A stretch of DNA of 63,821 nucleotides, filler included, from Folioceros fuciformis (GCA_049999805.1; 4 parts of 3 records of this genome joined end to end with filler, not necessarily neighbours in it); one strand, 5' to 3'. Positions 35,897 to 50,000 are shown, numbered from the whole stretch's first letter. Notes: generated by a model from the letters alone, not told the origin. Program-made: numbers and translations.

Positions 35897-37870
35897 CTAC
35901 CATTCCTCTATCTCATCTTCGTCTTGCCCTTCAAAGAGAGGCGAAGGCGCTAGATTCCTGTTAGTGTCACTGTTGACTCCCAAAACTCTAAAGTTAGACA
36001 TCTCCGCTGCCATCTCTTCATCTTCTTGACTGGTAGTGATATCTTCTGCAAATGAACTACTGGGATCAGTAAGCAGGTTTGCCCTTTGAGACATGGAGGA
36101 ATGCCTTGTGGAAAGTAAAGATAGCCGTTGGGAGAACGGGCGAATCTCAGAAGCAATCACGCTGGCACTAGACGAACTCCAAAATCCATCAATTGACAAC
36201 CTCTGTGACCATATGTCGGCCTTGACCTTGGCCATGCTCTTCTCAACCTGCCACAAAGCTGGCGACCTTAAAGCCTGCCACCTTCTGGGGGCTGGATGAG
36301 CATTGCCAAAGAGAACACCGCGGCCCGCCACAGAACCTGCTGCTGCTCCACGTATGTCGCGAGCATCTACGTGATCCGCTTGTGCCATGACACACTTTAT
36401 CTGCCAGCTTCCCTTCATCCCTAGCAATAAATCGCTGGAACTGAAGTAGGCAGCCACATCTGCCAAATCATCGATTGCCTCCTCGTCAATGAAGTCCGTC
36501 ATGTTCTCCTGAAGAAAGGCAAGCGCCTTCCCACTTTCAACAGATGCTCGCGCTAGAATAGTTTCAGGCTCTTCCATGTCCAAGGGCAGTCTCCGGAACG
36601 AATACGAGAGACTACATTTGAAACGCTCCTCTGAAAGCACCCCTGCCTCATCATCATTTCGCCTCTTGTTGTAAAGCAGCTTTCCCAAAGCATGGAACAG
36701 GGCAAGGCTACAATCTCGGCCAAGATTCAAGCTTGGCTTCCCATGGAAAGCCGAGGCGTGGTCGGGGCCGACTGCCATGACGTGCTTATCTCCATTTCTT
36801 AACCGGGCCCTGCCTGCTTTACCACCTTTGGCCTTACGGGAAACCCTGCGATCCCCGAGGCTGTCAGGCTCATCCTGGTGAAAGCCAACACAAAGGAACT
36901 GTAGACACGCCAATGCACTCCTCACGTCACCCCCGCAGCTTTGTGCTATCGCCGACAGCACCTCCAATGGCACCTTGTATCCCTCAGACCCGGCGACTCT
37001 GACAAGCAGCTTGTTCATCACAGTGACAGCTACAGGATTGAAGGCTATTGTGGTGGCTCCTTCACAATCGAAAGTCCTCTGAATCTCCAGCATGACTCGG
37101 TACACGTCACCTGTGCCTCCATTTTCAGCTGATTCAGTCATCACCACAACCGTGGGGAACTGAGTGGTCAGGAGAGTGGACCGAAGGGCATGCATCAAAC
37201 GTGCCCTTTCTTGCATCCCTGCAACCGTAGGGAAGTCGTCTATGAGGAGGACTTTCCCTGCAGCTCTGTAACCAGAGCTGCTGACTGCCAAACCGTCTGC
37301 GAAGAGCGGCAGGGACGGAAACTTTTTGGAGTTGTCCAAAAACGCTACGAATTCCTCCAGTTTGGAGACATAGGGCAGGCGCATGACACCGTTGTGCAAG
37401 TGCTCCTGCCATAGCGTGGGAACCGGTGTGGTCCATTCCAAGAGCTGAAACCCTATGACATCCGCCAGCACATGCACCACGGAGGACTTACCGGCGCCCG
37501 GGGGTCCCGTTAGCAGGAGAACAGGGAGACCGGCAGACGCAGCAGAGGTAAGCTGGTTTTCCAGCCATGCTCTGACTTCCGCCACCTTCCTGGCATGCAC
37601 CACAAGATCTGCCAATGTCCGCGGAGCATACTTCGCATCCCAAGCTGCGGGTTGGCCTCCGTCACTCCTTGCGGCATTGCCGACATCGTTCGGCCCGGAG
37701 GTTGCCGCTGGTACGGGAGATGTTACTGGAGTGAAGGGGAGTGCGGCCCAATTCCCGGTGACGTCCTGGCCAGCTGTGCCATGATCAGATGCGCGAGAAT
37801 GACGCAGAGAATGATCGACTTCGGTGTCGGAAGTGACCGCAAGCTTACGCTCACGCTTGCGCTTCACCAT
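35897..37870 (-). CDS. RAD17: Cell-cycle checkpoint clamp loader RAD17, single exon
   Basis: WDAKYAPRTLADLVVHARKVAEVRAWL, Walker A TGPPGAGKS, LLIDDFP, IAFNPVA, GGDVRSAL, GRDCSLALFHALGKLLYNKR, and C-terminal DEIEEW. The first ATG (MVKRKR) is at 37870; the frame stays open upstream to 37969. Confidence 0.95.
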   Translation of the reverse strand: MVKRKRERKLAVTSDTEVDHSLRHSRASDHGTAGQDVTGNWAALPFTPVTSPVPAATSGPNDVGNAARSDGGQPAAWDAKYAPRTLADLVVHARKVAEVRAWLENQLTSAASAGLPVLLLTGPPGAGKSSVVHVLADVIGFQLLEWTTPVPTLWQEHLHNGVMRLPYVSKLEEFVAFLDNSKKFPSLPLFADGLAVSSSGYRAAGKVLLIDDFPTVAGMQERARLMHALRSTLLTTQFPTVVVMTESAENGGTGDVYRVMLEIQRTFDCEGATTIAFNPVAVTVMNKLLVRVAGSEGYKVPLEVLSAIAQSCGGDVRSALACLQFLCVGFHQDEPDSLGDRRVSRKAKGGKAGRARLRNGDKHVMAVGPDHASAFHGKPSLNLGRDCSLALFHALGKLLYNKRRNDDEAGVLSEERFKCSLSYSFRRLPLDMEEPETILARASVESGKALAFLQENMTDFIDEEAIDDLADVAAYFSSSDLLLGMKGSWQIKCVMAQADHVDARDIRGAAAGSVAGRGVLFGNAHPAPRRWQALRSPALWQVEKSMAKVKADIWSQRLSIDGFWSSSSASVIASEIRPFSQRLSLLSTRHSSMSQRANLLTDPSSSFAEDITTSQEDEEMAAEMSNFRVLGVNSDTNRNLAPSPLFEGQDEDEIEEW

Positions 37871-38840
37871 ACCATGGGTTCGAAGTCTGTTGAGGAAAAG
37901 CTTGGAACAAACACGAGCCCTGGAACTGCGTCGGTACGTCGTGGCAGGCCAGCATGGCGATTCTTCCACTAAAACCCTACCGGGGCCGTTGCCTACAGGT
38001 GCATGTTCATGATGCGCAAAGCAGACCTACTGTCCATGGATCCGCAGTGTGCCTGGTTGACATGCGCACGACGGTGTGAACCCGTCGTTTGAACTGAAAT
38101 TTAAAAAGCTTAAAAACATGAGGATGGATTCGTATGCATGTCATTGGACAAAGAAAAAGGAAAACTAACAAAATTAGGCAGTTAGTTTAGTTTAGTATAT
38201 TATAGTATGAATGAAATAGTTGGTATATTATATTATTGAGAAGCCAATAGAATAGAATAGAATAAAATAAAAGCAGAGTATTATAAGATATTTCGAAAAT
38301 TTCCCTCTTGAAAAATAACGTCTATCTTTTATCTTATGCTTAGGAGTGTTCAAATGAAATTGGCTTTACCGATAAAGCGTGCAGCAAGGCAAGGTAGGTG
38401 TAGTTAATACGTTAAGAAGCTTGGTTTTTACTTGAAAAGCAAGTCCTGTCGAGGCCGAAGTTGGGCACGAGAGGCGGTTTATGGCAGAATGCAGGCGAAA
38501 AGTGGAAAGTAGGAAGGACCTGACCTACTCGGAGAAGGCGTGGGTTTGGGCCAGTTTGGTGTCCAGCAGTGGCGAGAAGGCCGCAGTGCTTGGTGCCATG
38601 AAAGGATATGGATGCCTCTAGGTGGTTGCTCGTGTCCTGGGGCTGTCGTGGTCTTTCCTTGTGGCACGTGCGGCGCCCTGCCGCATGCTACAACGCGTTT
38701 GTGTGGAAGCTGGGAAATCGCATATGCTATACCTCGGGGTCGGACAATCCACCTGCGGTGTCAACTTAGGGTTATCTGCAATGTCCTCGTCATAGCGAGG
38801 ACGCCGGGAGCATCGAGCAAGGAGCTGGCCAATTTCAGCC

Positions 38841-41800
38841 ATGGCTGGTCGAGGTGCTGCACTCACGCGTCCGGCCTGGTTGAAGCATGCGGAGGAGGCG
38901 AAATTGAAGGATGAGGAAGAAAAAGCTGCTGCGGCACGGGCTGCTTTCGATGCCACTTTCCGGGACGTGGAACAGGGAGCCCGGAACGGAAATGCCTCTT
39001 CCGACAGTGAGGCTGACGAGGCGGACAAGCTTGCAAACAAGCCAATTGGTATGTGTTTCTTGTGCGTCCTCATCTGTGATGCTTGTTGCCTGAGCCTAGG
39101 GCCAGCCACCACTGTGAGATCATAATATGGAATTGACTGCTGGTGAGATTGATTGACAGGTCCTGTGGACCCATCCAGATGTACAGCTGCAGGAACAGGA
39201 GTTGGAGGAGGCGCTGCTGGTGCAGCCGCCTCGTTTGTTGTGGTCACCAAGGATTCCGATGGGAGGAGGGCTCCTCATGGAGGCGCCTACATAAGAGTGA
39301 AAATCACTCCTGGAGCTGGAGTTGGGGGAACGGAGCAAGAAGCTGTCGTCAAGGATCATTCCGACGGGACGTATACGGTCACCTATGCAGTGGCCAAGAG
39401 AGGGGATTATATGGTCAGTGTTGATTGCAACGGCCACCCCATTCTTGGTAGCCCTTTTCCTGTTTTCTTCAGCGGCGGAAATCCGCAAGTCGGGGGCACC
39501 ACGTTGCCGACATCCGCGCCTATTCTGGGCTCGTCTCCCTTCTTGAATGGAGTGGCCCAGCCTATGTCCGCCTTTCCTAACATGGGCATGACAGGAATAT
39601 TCCCGGGAATGCTTTCATCGTTGATTCCTGGACTGCTTCCTGGGGCTACAGGCGGGGCCGTTTTGCCTGGCATTGGAGCCTCTTTTGGGGAGGTCTGTCG
39701 TGATTACCTCAATGGCCGGTGTGCAAGGACGGATTGCAAGTATAATCACCCCCCTCAGAACCAGCTTATGGCCGCTTTGGCAGCCGGCAGTACCATGGGA
39801 GGTCTCAGTCAGATGCCCATGGCTCCATCAGCAGCTGCAATGGCTGCTGCTCAGAGCATTGCTGCGGCACAGGCGTATCAGGCAGCACAGGCACAAGCAG
39901 CTGCTCAACAACAGCAAAAACAGCCATCTGCAGGTGACATTCCACTTCGTAGGCTAACGGCCCCACTGTTGTTTCTTGTCATCTTCGTGTTTCTGGAGCT
40001 CGTCACTGCGTCTGAAATGTCCCAAGTATGTTGTGCGTTGCTCTGATGTTACTGCTTGATTGTTGAAGGTGCTGGGGAGGTCAATGATGAAGCACTTTCC
40101 GCTGAAGAACCTGCTGGAAGTGGTGAGCCATCATGCACAATACATGTAAGCAATCTAAGTCCAGGTCTGCAAGTAGATCACTTGCGACAGCTTTTTGGCT
40201 ACTGCGGAACTGTGGTTGATTGTAAGATTTCTGATTCCAAAACATCTGCATATGTGGAGTTTTCAAAACATGAGGAAGCAAAATCTGCATTGGAATTAAA
40301 TAACATGGACGTCAAGGGTGCCTCTTTGAAACTGGAGTTGGCGAAACCTGTTCGCATGGTGAAACAGGCATCAAGTTTGTGCACCGCCACAGCAACCTCA
40401 ACTCCTACTGCAGCAGCTCAGCCCGCTCCTCCCTTGCCAATGATGATGCAGCAGGCTGTGGCCATGCAACAGCTGCAATTTCAACAAGCTTTGTTTATGC
40501 AGCAGGCCATGGCTACGCAGCAGGCAGCAGCTCGAGCTGCTACTGTGAAATCTGCGGCTGAGATGGCAACAGCAAGAGCTGCAGAAATCAGCAAGCGACT
40601 CAAAGGACCCAATGGTGACGGGCAAGAGGAGGAAGAGCAACCTACAAGGTGTGTTGGGCTGAACTTGAAACATCTCGAAATGTTTGGACCTACAGCATTT
40701 GTGGCATGCTCATTTTCAATGTAGTTCATGGTTCCCATTCTTTGAGTGTCCTCACCAGGTGTACCTGATCATTGATATTATTTACTGTACGGCAGGTCTC
40801 GGTCTCAATCGGTTGGAAGGTCCCGGAGCAAATCAAAATCGAAATCAAAATCACCGATACGGTACAGGCGAAATTGGCATAATCAAACAAACTCACGCTC
40901 TCCTAGCCGCTTTCGCAGGGATAGGGATCGCCGATCCCGCTCTTGGTCTAGAGACCGATTTCACAAGAGGAGTAGGAGCAGAGACCGTGGTCCTTACGGC
41001 AGAGGTGGCCGTGATGGATATTTCAGGTACCACCCCCGGCGTGAGTGGGAAAGGGGAAGAGAAAGGGAGTATCAATCTCGGGTTTCACGGAGGAGCAGGA
41101 GCAGGAGTAGGAGCCGAAGCCGCATGAGGCGATCACGAAGCCAATCTAGGTCCCCCAAGCATAGGAAAGTACATCATTCTCCAATGAGGAGAAGACGGGA
41201 TGAGGGTAAACCCACTAGGAGTCTTAGGAGATCCAGGTCTACTTCTAGAGATCGACATAGAGGTTCACCTAAGAGCAGTCCTACAAGGCCTGGGAGCCCT
41301 TGGAGAAAGAGGGGAAAGAGCGTCAAAGAAAAGGATTGGGGCCAAGGAGATGAGGCTAGAAACGGTCATCAGATTGGAATGCTTTCTGTTGACACGAAGG
41401 TTGGTCATGGTGATGAGGATCTTACTGAAAAGTCCAGGCATGCAAGCAACTCTGCCCTGGGGTCTACGATTGCAGGTGCTAATGATCATTGCTCAGGGTT
41501 TATTCAGGATGAAGAGAATGGGGCTTCTAGAGAGCGAGGAACAGCATTTGAGGGTGCTGTGAAATTAGATATGGTTGATAAGGAGAGGATAGAGAGGGCA
41601 AAGGAGAAAGTGGTTGCAGCCAAAAGCATTGAGGAAGTTGAGCATTTTAAATTGGAAGGGGTTGGAGTGTCTAAGAAAGAAAAGTCCAGCCATGAAAGCA
41701 AGCCCCCCTGGCATCCTGTGGGGACTAGTCTCGAGGAGAGCCCAAGTCGCATTAGTGCTGCATGGTCTCAGAATCTAGTAGAAAAGCGTGCAAGAGAAGA

Positions 41801-42392
41801 AATGGGGAGCGGAAGGCAGTTTGTTCAGTTGGGTGAGGAGCTTCCGCAGGATGACGGCCTTAAACCTGACGACCTTGTGTCCCCTGGTATCAAGAGCGAA
41901 AGGCTTGTGCCAACTGAGGATCCCATGGAAACTGATAATCAGGATGATGTCCCAGTAGCAAGGTCTGATGGCGGTGTGTTGGCACCTCATGATGAGGATA
42001 ACAATGAAGAAGAGCAAGAAAGAAGACGGGAGAGGCACAGGCGGCATCGAAAGAAGCACAGTCGAGATGGGATTGAGGTTGACAAGGTTGAGGGAGATGG
42101 GGACAGGGATGACCCTGAGGGAGACAGGGATGGGGACAGGCAGGGCCGTAAAGACAAGAGGCGACATAAGAAACGGTCCAGAAAGGATGATGAAAAGAAG
42201 AAACGAAAGCATAAGCACCGCAGGCACAGGTCTCCTGGTGGCTCAATTGAAGGATCACCGTCCATTGATGCAGGTAGGAGCAAAGTGGCAGAGGTTGAAA
42301 GCGGGGCTCAGAAGAGGAGTTCCAGTAAACACAAGAGGAAGCACAGGGAAACTTCAAAATCAATAACTTGCAGCCTGAGTTCAAGTGATTAA
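38841..42392 (+). CDS. Filamin-repeat + CCCH zinc finger + RRM + RS-rich protein (putative splicing factor), 4 exons
   Basis: Exons ~38841-39048, 39160-39933, ~40069-40648, 40796-42392. Filamin repeat GPVDPSRCTAAG..KDHSDGTYTVTY, CCCH finger CRDYLNGRCARTDCKYNHP, RRM IHVSNLSP..AYVEFS, a Q/A-rich helix, and an RS tail continuous in frame from 40797. Confidence 0.88.
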
Positions 42393-44037
42393 CAGGGTGG
42401 CTGTTTTGAGGATGTTATTGTGCTGAGGAGACGGTTATTGTTCTAGTCAGTGGGTTGTTCCTCTGACTTGCTGCATTTCCAGCATTGGATGACTTATCGG
42501 CTGGCACCTGTGCATGTCCAGCATTCTGGTTGGGTGTCCAGCGTCCCTGTCTCTTCAGCTTGGTGGCACCTCGGTTACAAGTGTCTTTGGTGCGGCTGTT
42601 GAGCTTGTCTTAGTGACAAGTATCTCTGCTGTGGCTGGGCGTGTTGTTCTTTTGCAGGGACATCATGGCCGGCATGGTAGTGAAGCGCATCCGTCATCAC
42701 GGCCTATTGTCTTTGGCAAATATGTAGGTAGCTAGACTGGCCAAAACTTTCCGGGGTTGTGCAAGTTCAGTTGTGCCACAGGACCCGCTGTCGTCAATGA
42801 AATTTTTTTCTCTTTGGTTGTGACTACTGTGTAGGAACTTGAGTCCCACAAGTCTTTGTTTGTGTATACTAGTGGTATCTGTTTGGTGGAAGTTGGCTTG
42901 GACTCGGTGTAACCTTGTAGCAATTTGAATGGCAATGGTGGGAGTTCATTTCCAGGCGTGTGTGAATGTTGGGTGGGATGGGGTTGGAGATGGGGCTGGG
43001 TCCAGGATGTGAAACGGAGTGTCTTGAGTGCAAGAGAGCTGGCAACGATGAAGCTAAAGTTGGTGGTAAGTACAGTGGAGGAGTGTGTTGCATAAGCAGC
43101 TTTTATGGCGACTCGGAAAGTAGTGTCCAGTGTGACAGGATTGTGTGTGCTAATCTCGCGGGGTGGTGCTGTGGTGGGTGGTGGTGGAGGTGAGGGGCGG
43201 AGTGGGATCGTGTTTGTCGACAGACGTTTTTTTTGTGAAATGGCAGTGAGGGAAAGGAGGTGCGGAGCAGGCCGTGTGGCGCGTCTGTAGCCATCTTCGA
43301 AGGTGTAAATTTCTCCATCTTCTTGGTTCATATACCTAGCTTCAGACCTAGTCTTTGTAAGGCAGGCTGGCTTGGTGGCAAGTTGGCTGGCCTCTCACTG
43401 TCTTTCACACAGTCTGGGTCCTTCTTGACGAGAAAGCCACATTTTGTCCCTCGTGACGATGGACGTAGACTAGATCATGGCTCTCCTCAAGAAAGCCTCT
43501 GCTGGTAGCTTGTCACAATGTCTACAACTGTATACTCTCGAGTGGTCGCTGTTATTGTTGTGTTAAAGTATCAAAGTGACCCGACAAGGCACGTGATATC
43601 TGGTATTGCAAAGAAGGCCGATTCCACATGGCGCGTCCCCATTGGCTTTGTAGAAGATCAATTCAGCCCGCGCAAATCGTCTGTTCAAACTGGTGTCCAA
43701 TTTTAACTCAAACATCCATGTCTACCAGCCTGGTTGTTACTCGAGAAGTGGGGTTTGGCGCGCTGGAGACCGGACTGCCAGTCCTCTCGCGAGTCCGAGT
43801 GTGGGAGCCGCTTCCCGAGCTCGCGCCGTCGTCTCGGTCCCTCAGTCCGTGCGCCCGATCTCCTTGCTGCGTGGCAATGCGCGCCTCTGAGCTGCGCAGA
43901 TCGTAGTCTGGCTGAATGAATCGAGCTAGGCCAGGCTAGTCCCTTCTCTTGTCATCTGCCAGTGGGCTCGTCTCGCCGGGGCTGGGCTGGGGTGGACTAG
44001 GCCAGGCCAGGCTGCGGATGCTGCCTGGGCTGCGACC

Positions 44038-47000
44038 ATGGACCAGGAGTGGGCTCTCGAGACCGCATCCCAGCTCCACGCGGACGCATTGTCCCTGCTG
44101 GAGTCGACGGACACTTCCCTGATAGGCCCGGAGCTGGAGCTGGGTGAGACTGACGATGCCGTGCTGGAGGAGGATCCGGAGCCCGAGCTGGAGCAGCAGC
44201 AGCACGAGGAGGAGGAACAAGGCGAGGAGAACGGAAGGGGAGATGCCGACGGCGACAATGCTCTGCCGGAAGGGGCCCTGACTCTCCCGCCTGTTGTACC
44301 TGCATTGGAGGAAGTAGTTGTGACCCCGCCGCTGCGGCCCGCACCAGCGCGGGCTTCCAATTCTGCACCTGCAATTGCCGGCCCTGGCTTGGGAGCCGGG
44401 AAGCTCATCAATGGGGGCGTCAGGCGCAGCGTGACCGCGACACCGGCCTCTAGTGTGTCCACACGCCCTTTCCTCAGGTCCTCCTCATCGGCGGCTGTGG
44501 CGAGGAGGCTCTCCACCAGCAACGGCAAGGCCAACGGCCCGCTGCATCCGAGCAGCAACGGGAGCAATGCGAGCCCGGCAGCAGCGGGCCCGACGATGAA
44601 GCGCTCGTCTTCGCTCAATCTGGATGTGCGGCGTAGCTCTGCCAGTCCGCGCACTTTGGCGCTCTCGTCTCCTAAGCCGCTGGCTACCCCGCCCGGCTCA
44701 CGGCGCGCTTCCCTCTCAGCTGTGTCGTCGACTAACTCTCCCGTGTCTCCTTCCGACTTGAAGAAATGGGCTTCGTCATCCTCTTCCTCTGCGTCCAAAG
44801 GCCCTGGCTCGAACCTGTCCCCGGCGGCTTCCAGGCTGCCGTCTCCCCGGGCCGTTGTTGCCAAAGCTCCTGCACAGACGGCAAAGCTGGCGGCGGTCTC
44901 CAGCTCAACCTCCAGTCCCAAGCCGAACTCGGCGGGGTCTTCTCCCTTGGTTCCCAATGCTGCGAAGTCCTCTCCTTCGACGCCCTGTACCCCTGCTGCG
45001 AATGGCACCAGAAAGCAACAGCCGACTCCGGTGGTTGTTAAGCGATCTCCCAAGACAGCTTCGCCCTCGGCTCCCTCCCTCGCCAAACACACTTCCCCAT
45101 CTTCGGCTGACAAGACCAAGCTCTCCACTGCTGCGAAGGGGGCCACGCCGTCCCCTTTGTCAGCTGATAGGGGCCCGAGTATGTTGTCCAGGAGAAAGTC
45201 TCTCACTTCTGAGACACGGGATCCGCGGTTCATCAATCTGCCTTCAGTGGATGTTAAGGCAGGGGATGACGTGGTGAGCTTCTAGAAGTTCATGTCTAGT
45301 GCACCACTCTTAAGAATCTTCGGCTTGATTCTCTTTGACCCTCAACATGAAATTCCCTTGTTTGCAGAGGTTGGATCTGAGGGGCCAGAAGGTCCGAAGC
45401 CTGGATGGAAATCTTGTCAACCTCACACCAAAAATGGAGGTGTGTTTCACTGCCCCCCGAGAAGCAATTTTGACGATTACAATTTTCCCTTCGGCTCCTT
45501 GTCTTCGGGCTTGTCTTCTTATGCTCATGTTCCTGCCCGTGGCAGTTTGTTTACCTCAGGGACAACAAACTCTCCACCCTGAATGGCATTGAGACACTTC
45601 GACGAGTCAAGGTGAAGTGCCTGTTCCTGTGTTTTAGAACCTTCTGGGAAAGCAGGTTGTGGACAGATTTAACCGTGGTCTGGGTCCTGGTCTCGGTGAA
45701 CTACAGGTTCTGGATCTAAGCTTCAACGAGTTCAAAGGGTCCGGGTTTGAACCACTTGCAAGTTGCAAAGGCCTTCAGGTATGCTCCTTGTATCTTGGCG
45801 TATGCCATGTGTGACTCCGAATTATTCACCAGCTTCTGGTGCCTTATGTATCCTTTTTGGATGCAGCAACTTTACCTGGCAGGCAACCAGATAACCTCCC
45901 TCACTGGATTGCCGTCTCTGCCAAATCTAGAGGTATCTTTCCTAGTTGACTGCCAACTTTCAGCTTTTCCTTTGTTTAGCTTCAAGAATGAGGACACGTT
46001 CTCAACAAGTTCATGCTCACAGTTCCTCTCAGTCGCACAAAACAAGATCAAGTCTCTTGCCATGGTCACTCAACCAAGGCTTCAGGTTAATTTGCTTGCT
46101 CTTCGCTTTGCAGTGTTCACCCACGGGCTTTGTGTCTACAGCTAACCCTGTTCTTTCCATGTGCAAAGGTACTAGCAGCCAGTAAGAACAAAATCTCGAC
46201 GTTGAAGGGTTTTCCACATCTCCCTGCTCTGGAGGTACGTCATGAACATACTTTTAAACTCTAGCTGAACTCCCAATGAACGTCACATGTAAAGGCTCTG
46301 TCAGTGCATGAAATAATGTTCGTCTTCAGTGATGGAGAAGACCTTTGACTTGACCAATAAAATGACTGGGCAGTCCTATCGTGGCCCACGTCTTAGCCCC
46401 TTTCGTTAATTTCTAGTGTCCTAAGGCAGACTGTTACTTGTTTCAGCATCTTCGGCTTGAAGAAAATCCTATTCTGGATGTGCCTCATGTGGAAGCAGCA
46501 TCCATACTTTTGCTGGGACCCACACTGAAGAAGTTCAACGATCGAGGTTGATATTCACAACTTGTTGAGTTGGTTTTTGCGTCAAGTTTGTGCCCTGATT
46601 TGTTGTTCTGCATCCTGATTTCCATCTGCCTGTTGGTTATCGAGTGTGATCGTTCGGGTCCATAATTGTAACGTAGCAGGTGTGGCCTGCGAGACCTGAC
46701 AGTGCTATCGGAGCTGGCTGCAGATCTTTCGTTGTCTGAGGTGGAGCTAGCTCAAATGTACCCTGCGCACACGGCGTTCAGTATTCGAGAGGGTTGGAAT
46801 CTGTGCTCACCTGAAGAAGCGGCTGGTAATAATCTTCTGAAAGTAGACTAGGATGGATGTTGAAAAACAATGCAACATAGGTGATTTGACCTTCGCTGTC
46901 TGTATAGATTCGATTTTAAGGTTTTTGACTGAACAATGGGAGGGAACACTACCCCAAGGCTACCTTCTTAAGAAGGTTTCTGTCGACCGTCCTATGGAGG

Positions 47001-50000
47001 AGGATCCTTGTCGCTGCGACTTCCTGTTCGAGAAAGAGGACGGGACAGACGATTCTGACCTTGACCTACGCTATCAGTGGTTTGTTGGGGAGAAAAGCTT
47101 GACAGACTTTGTGGCAATCGAGGGAGCTACAATCAAGGTAATGGTTTTCCTTTGTCTTGAGGCTTGTTCAGTGGACGTGTCCTTTCATCTAATCAGTATG
47201 TATTGTGTCTAGAGCAAGAGTTTTGATTATTATCTTGGGAATGTCTTTGTGAGCTAGGAATATTGGCCGAAGCATGATGATGTGGGCAACTACCTCAAAA
47301 TTGAGTGCACTCCAATTGTAGCTGGAGTTGAATGCTCTCCAATTCATTTGATCTCGCTGCCTGTAGCCACAGGTAAGATGGAAGAGAAGGTTTCTCACGG
47401 CAACTGACTCCTTTGATGCGCTGATCTCTAATCGTTTGTGCAGGTAGTGGAGTTCCGAAGGTTCTACGACTGGACGTGGAAGGAGAGCTCATGGAGGGTT
47501 TTACGCTAAGAGGTTCTGCCTACGTTGCCTGGCGAGGTGGCACTCCGAGCAAAGGAATCGTGAGGTAGAGATCAGTGCTCTTCAAGATGTGACATTCTCT
47601 ATGGTCCTGGTGTTGTACCACTGTGTCCTTTACCATTTCTGATGGTCGAGCCTTCGCAAGCAGCTGGCTTCGGTTCACCGAAAATGGAAGTCCTGTTGCA
47701 ATTCTGGGTGCCGAGGAATACGAGTACAAGTTGACTGTGGATGACATAGGGGCCAACCTTGTCTTTATGTATACTCCTGTGACTGAAGAGGGAGCAAAGG
47801 GGGATTCTCAGCACGCAACTACGAACCTGATTCAAGCAGGTATGATGCTACTCGGTATTTGAATTATGGTGCACTGTCATCTCCCTCCTAGTCTGATTCA
47901 GTAATCGTCGCTGTCTGTCTGGCAGCCCCTCCAAGCGTTGGCAACGTGCACATTGTAGGCGACGCGGTTGAGGGGAACACTATCGAAGGTGTTGGAAAAT
48001 ATTTTGGTGGGAGAGAGGGACCTAGCAAGTTCGAGTGGCTGCGTGAGGATCGGGATTCCGGGTGCGGCTATTGTCCTTGTCTTCTCGTAACTTCATGTCC
48101 TGGTAGCTGACTTTGTTTAAAATTTAGTACTCCTCTCAAGACTCCTGTCGCCTAGCTGATGGGCCCATAACATTGTACAGAGAATTCAAACTTGTTTCCC
48201 GAGGAACCTGCGAGTATTTTCTAACTGAAGACGATGTAGGTTTGCGCATCATGTTCATCTACACTCCCGTCAACAACCAAGGTATCTTACTTGACACTCC
48301 TGTAAACAAGCTGGAGATGGATTTCACCATTAGCTACTCTCTTACTAACTTGTGCTTGATGGACATGACAACGGTCCAGCTGTTCAAGGCAATCCCGCCT
48401 CTATCATCAGTGCGAAAGTGGTGCGTGGTAAGTTCTTTATGTCACGGATTTGATGTTTCACAGGTCTCTGTTTGCATTTTGCGCGCCTCGGTTGTGGGTT
48501 TTGTTTCTGACGTATGAACCTTTTTTCCGTTACAGCTCCTTTATTTGGCAGTCGATAGTTTCTGACGTTAGCGTCAGATTTGGAGGTTTGGTACCTTGTT
48601 CATTGACCTCGCTGTGTGCTGCAGCTCCACCCAAGGTTACAAATCTCAGAATCATTGGTGATCTTAAAGAAGGGAGTAAGCTAGCTTTGAGTGCCACATT
48701 TGTTGGCGGCGTGGAAGGTCCAAGTCGAGTGCAATGGTTCAAGTCCCCATCTTCAGTATTGAAGAATCCAGCTGACTTGGATACCATTAGTACGTCTAAG
48801 GTTGCTAAGGTACACTCCAGCGGCCTGAGCGTCGTGACTTCACCTTGATATCGATACTTAATATCTGAACCAGGAATGCCTGTGTAAATGAGTCTGTGCT
48901 CACGTGGGCTGCCTTTTGGTGCGTCAGACGTTCCGTGTCCCCCTTCCAGCTATCGGTCACTACCTCGTAGCCAAATACACTCCTGTGCGCTCGGATGGAG
49001 AGATCGGTGAACCTGTTTTTGTGGTATCGGAGAGTCAAGTGGAGAGTACGAACCTTTACCTGCTCATTGCATTTCCTGGGCGCGGACTCGTTAGACATTG
49101 TTGTCCTTGTTGCAACCTCTTGTTTCGTGCGGTTGTAGTCGGATTGTTTTTGCTTTGACAGCTTTGTCAATGTTTTCACAGTGCTGTCTCCTGCTTTGAC
49201 GTCCCTCGCCATACTTGGAGAGCTTTTGGAAGGTGAAACGCTGACAGCGTCATATGGGTACGTCGGTGGTCATGAGGGTCAAAGTCAGTACAACTGGTAC
49301 CTGCACGAGGTGAGTTCTCGCAGCGTTGGCACCCGTGTGATGAAATAGCCATGTCACTCTTTGGCAATAATTCCAGGTGACGTCTTCGTGGTGAAGCAGT
49401 TCGAGAACGACCTGGGGTATTTAATACCTGAAGCTGCTGGAAAGATCCAGTATCAAGTTAGTTTGCAAGCAGTAGGCAAGTTCGTATCATTGAGGTGTGT
49501 ACCTGTGCGAGACGATGGAGTGGTTGGTGAAGGCAGGACGGCATTGTGTCCAGAACCTGTCAGACCTGGTATTATTCTTCAGAACCATTTGAAGCTGAAA
49601 AACCTGGCGTGAACTTATTTGGCAGCAATCTAAGTTCATGGGTGCCACCATTTGTGCACAGGCTCTCCCAAGCTTTTGTCGCTGCAGATCAGTGGAGAAG
49701 CTGTGGAAGGGGCCCAGCTGACTGTGAAAAAACAGTACTGGGGCGGTGAAGAGGGTCCCTCCAGACTGCAGTGGTATCTGGTAATTTTCGGAACTTTTGA
49801 CATTGTTTGACAGGCTATCTTGAATTTTCGAAGGGTTTTTTTGTGTTCGATGAAGCGGTAAGTGGTTCTTTCTGGGGGTTTGACTTGTGTGTGACACATG
49901 ATTGCAGACCCGACCAGATGGTGCACAGCGAGAGATCAAGGGAGCTGTAGGTGTCTCTTATGTTGTACGGAGTGAAGACATTGACGGATTCTTATGCGTG

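Noticed and set aside
43926-45236. 436-aa minus-strand ORF
   Set aside because: Antisense shadow of the GC-rich, low-complexity AIR9 exon 1.
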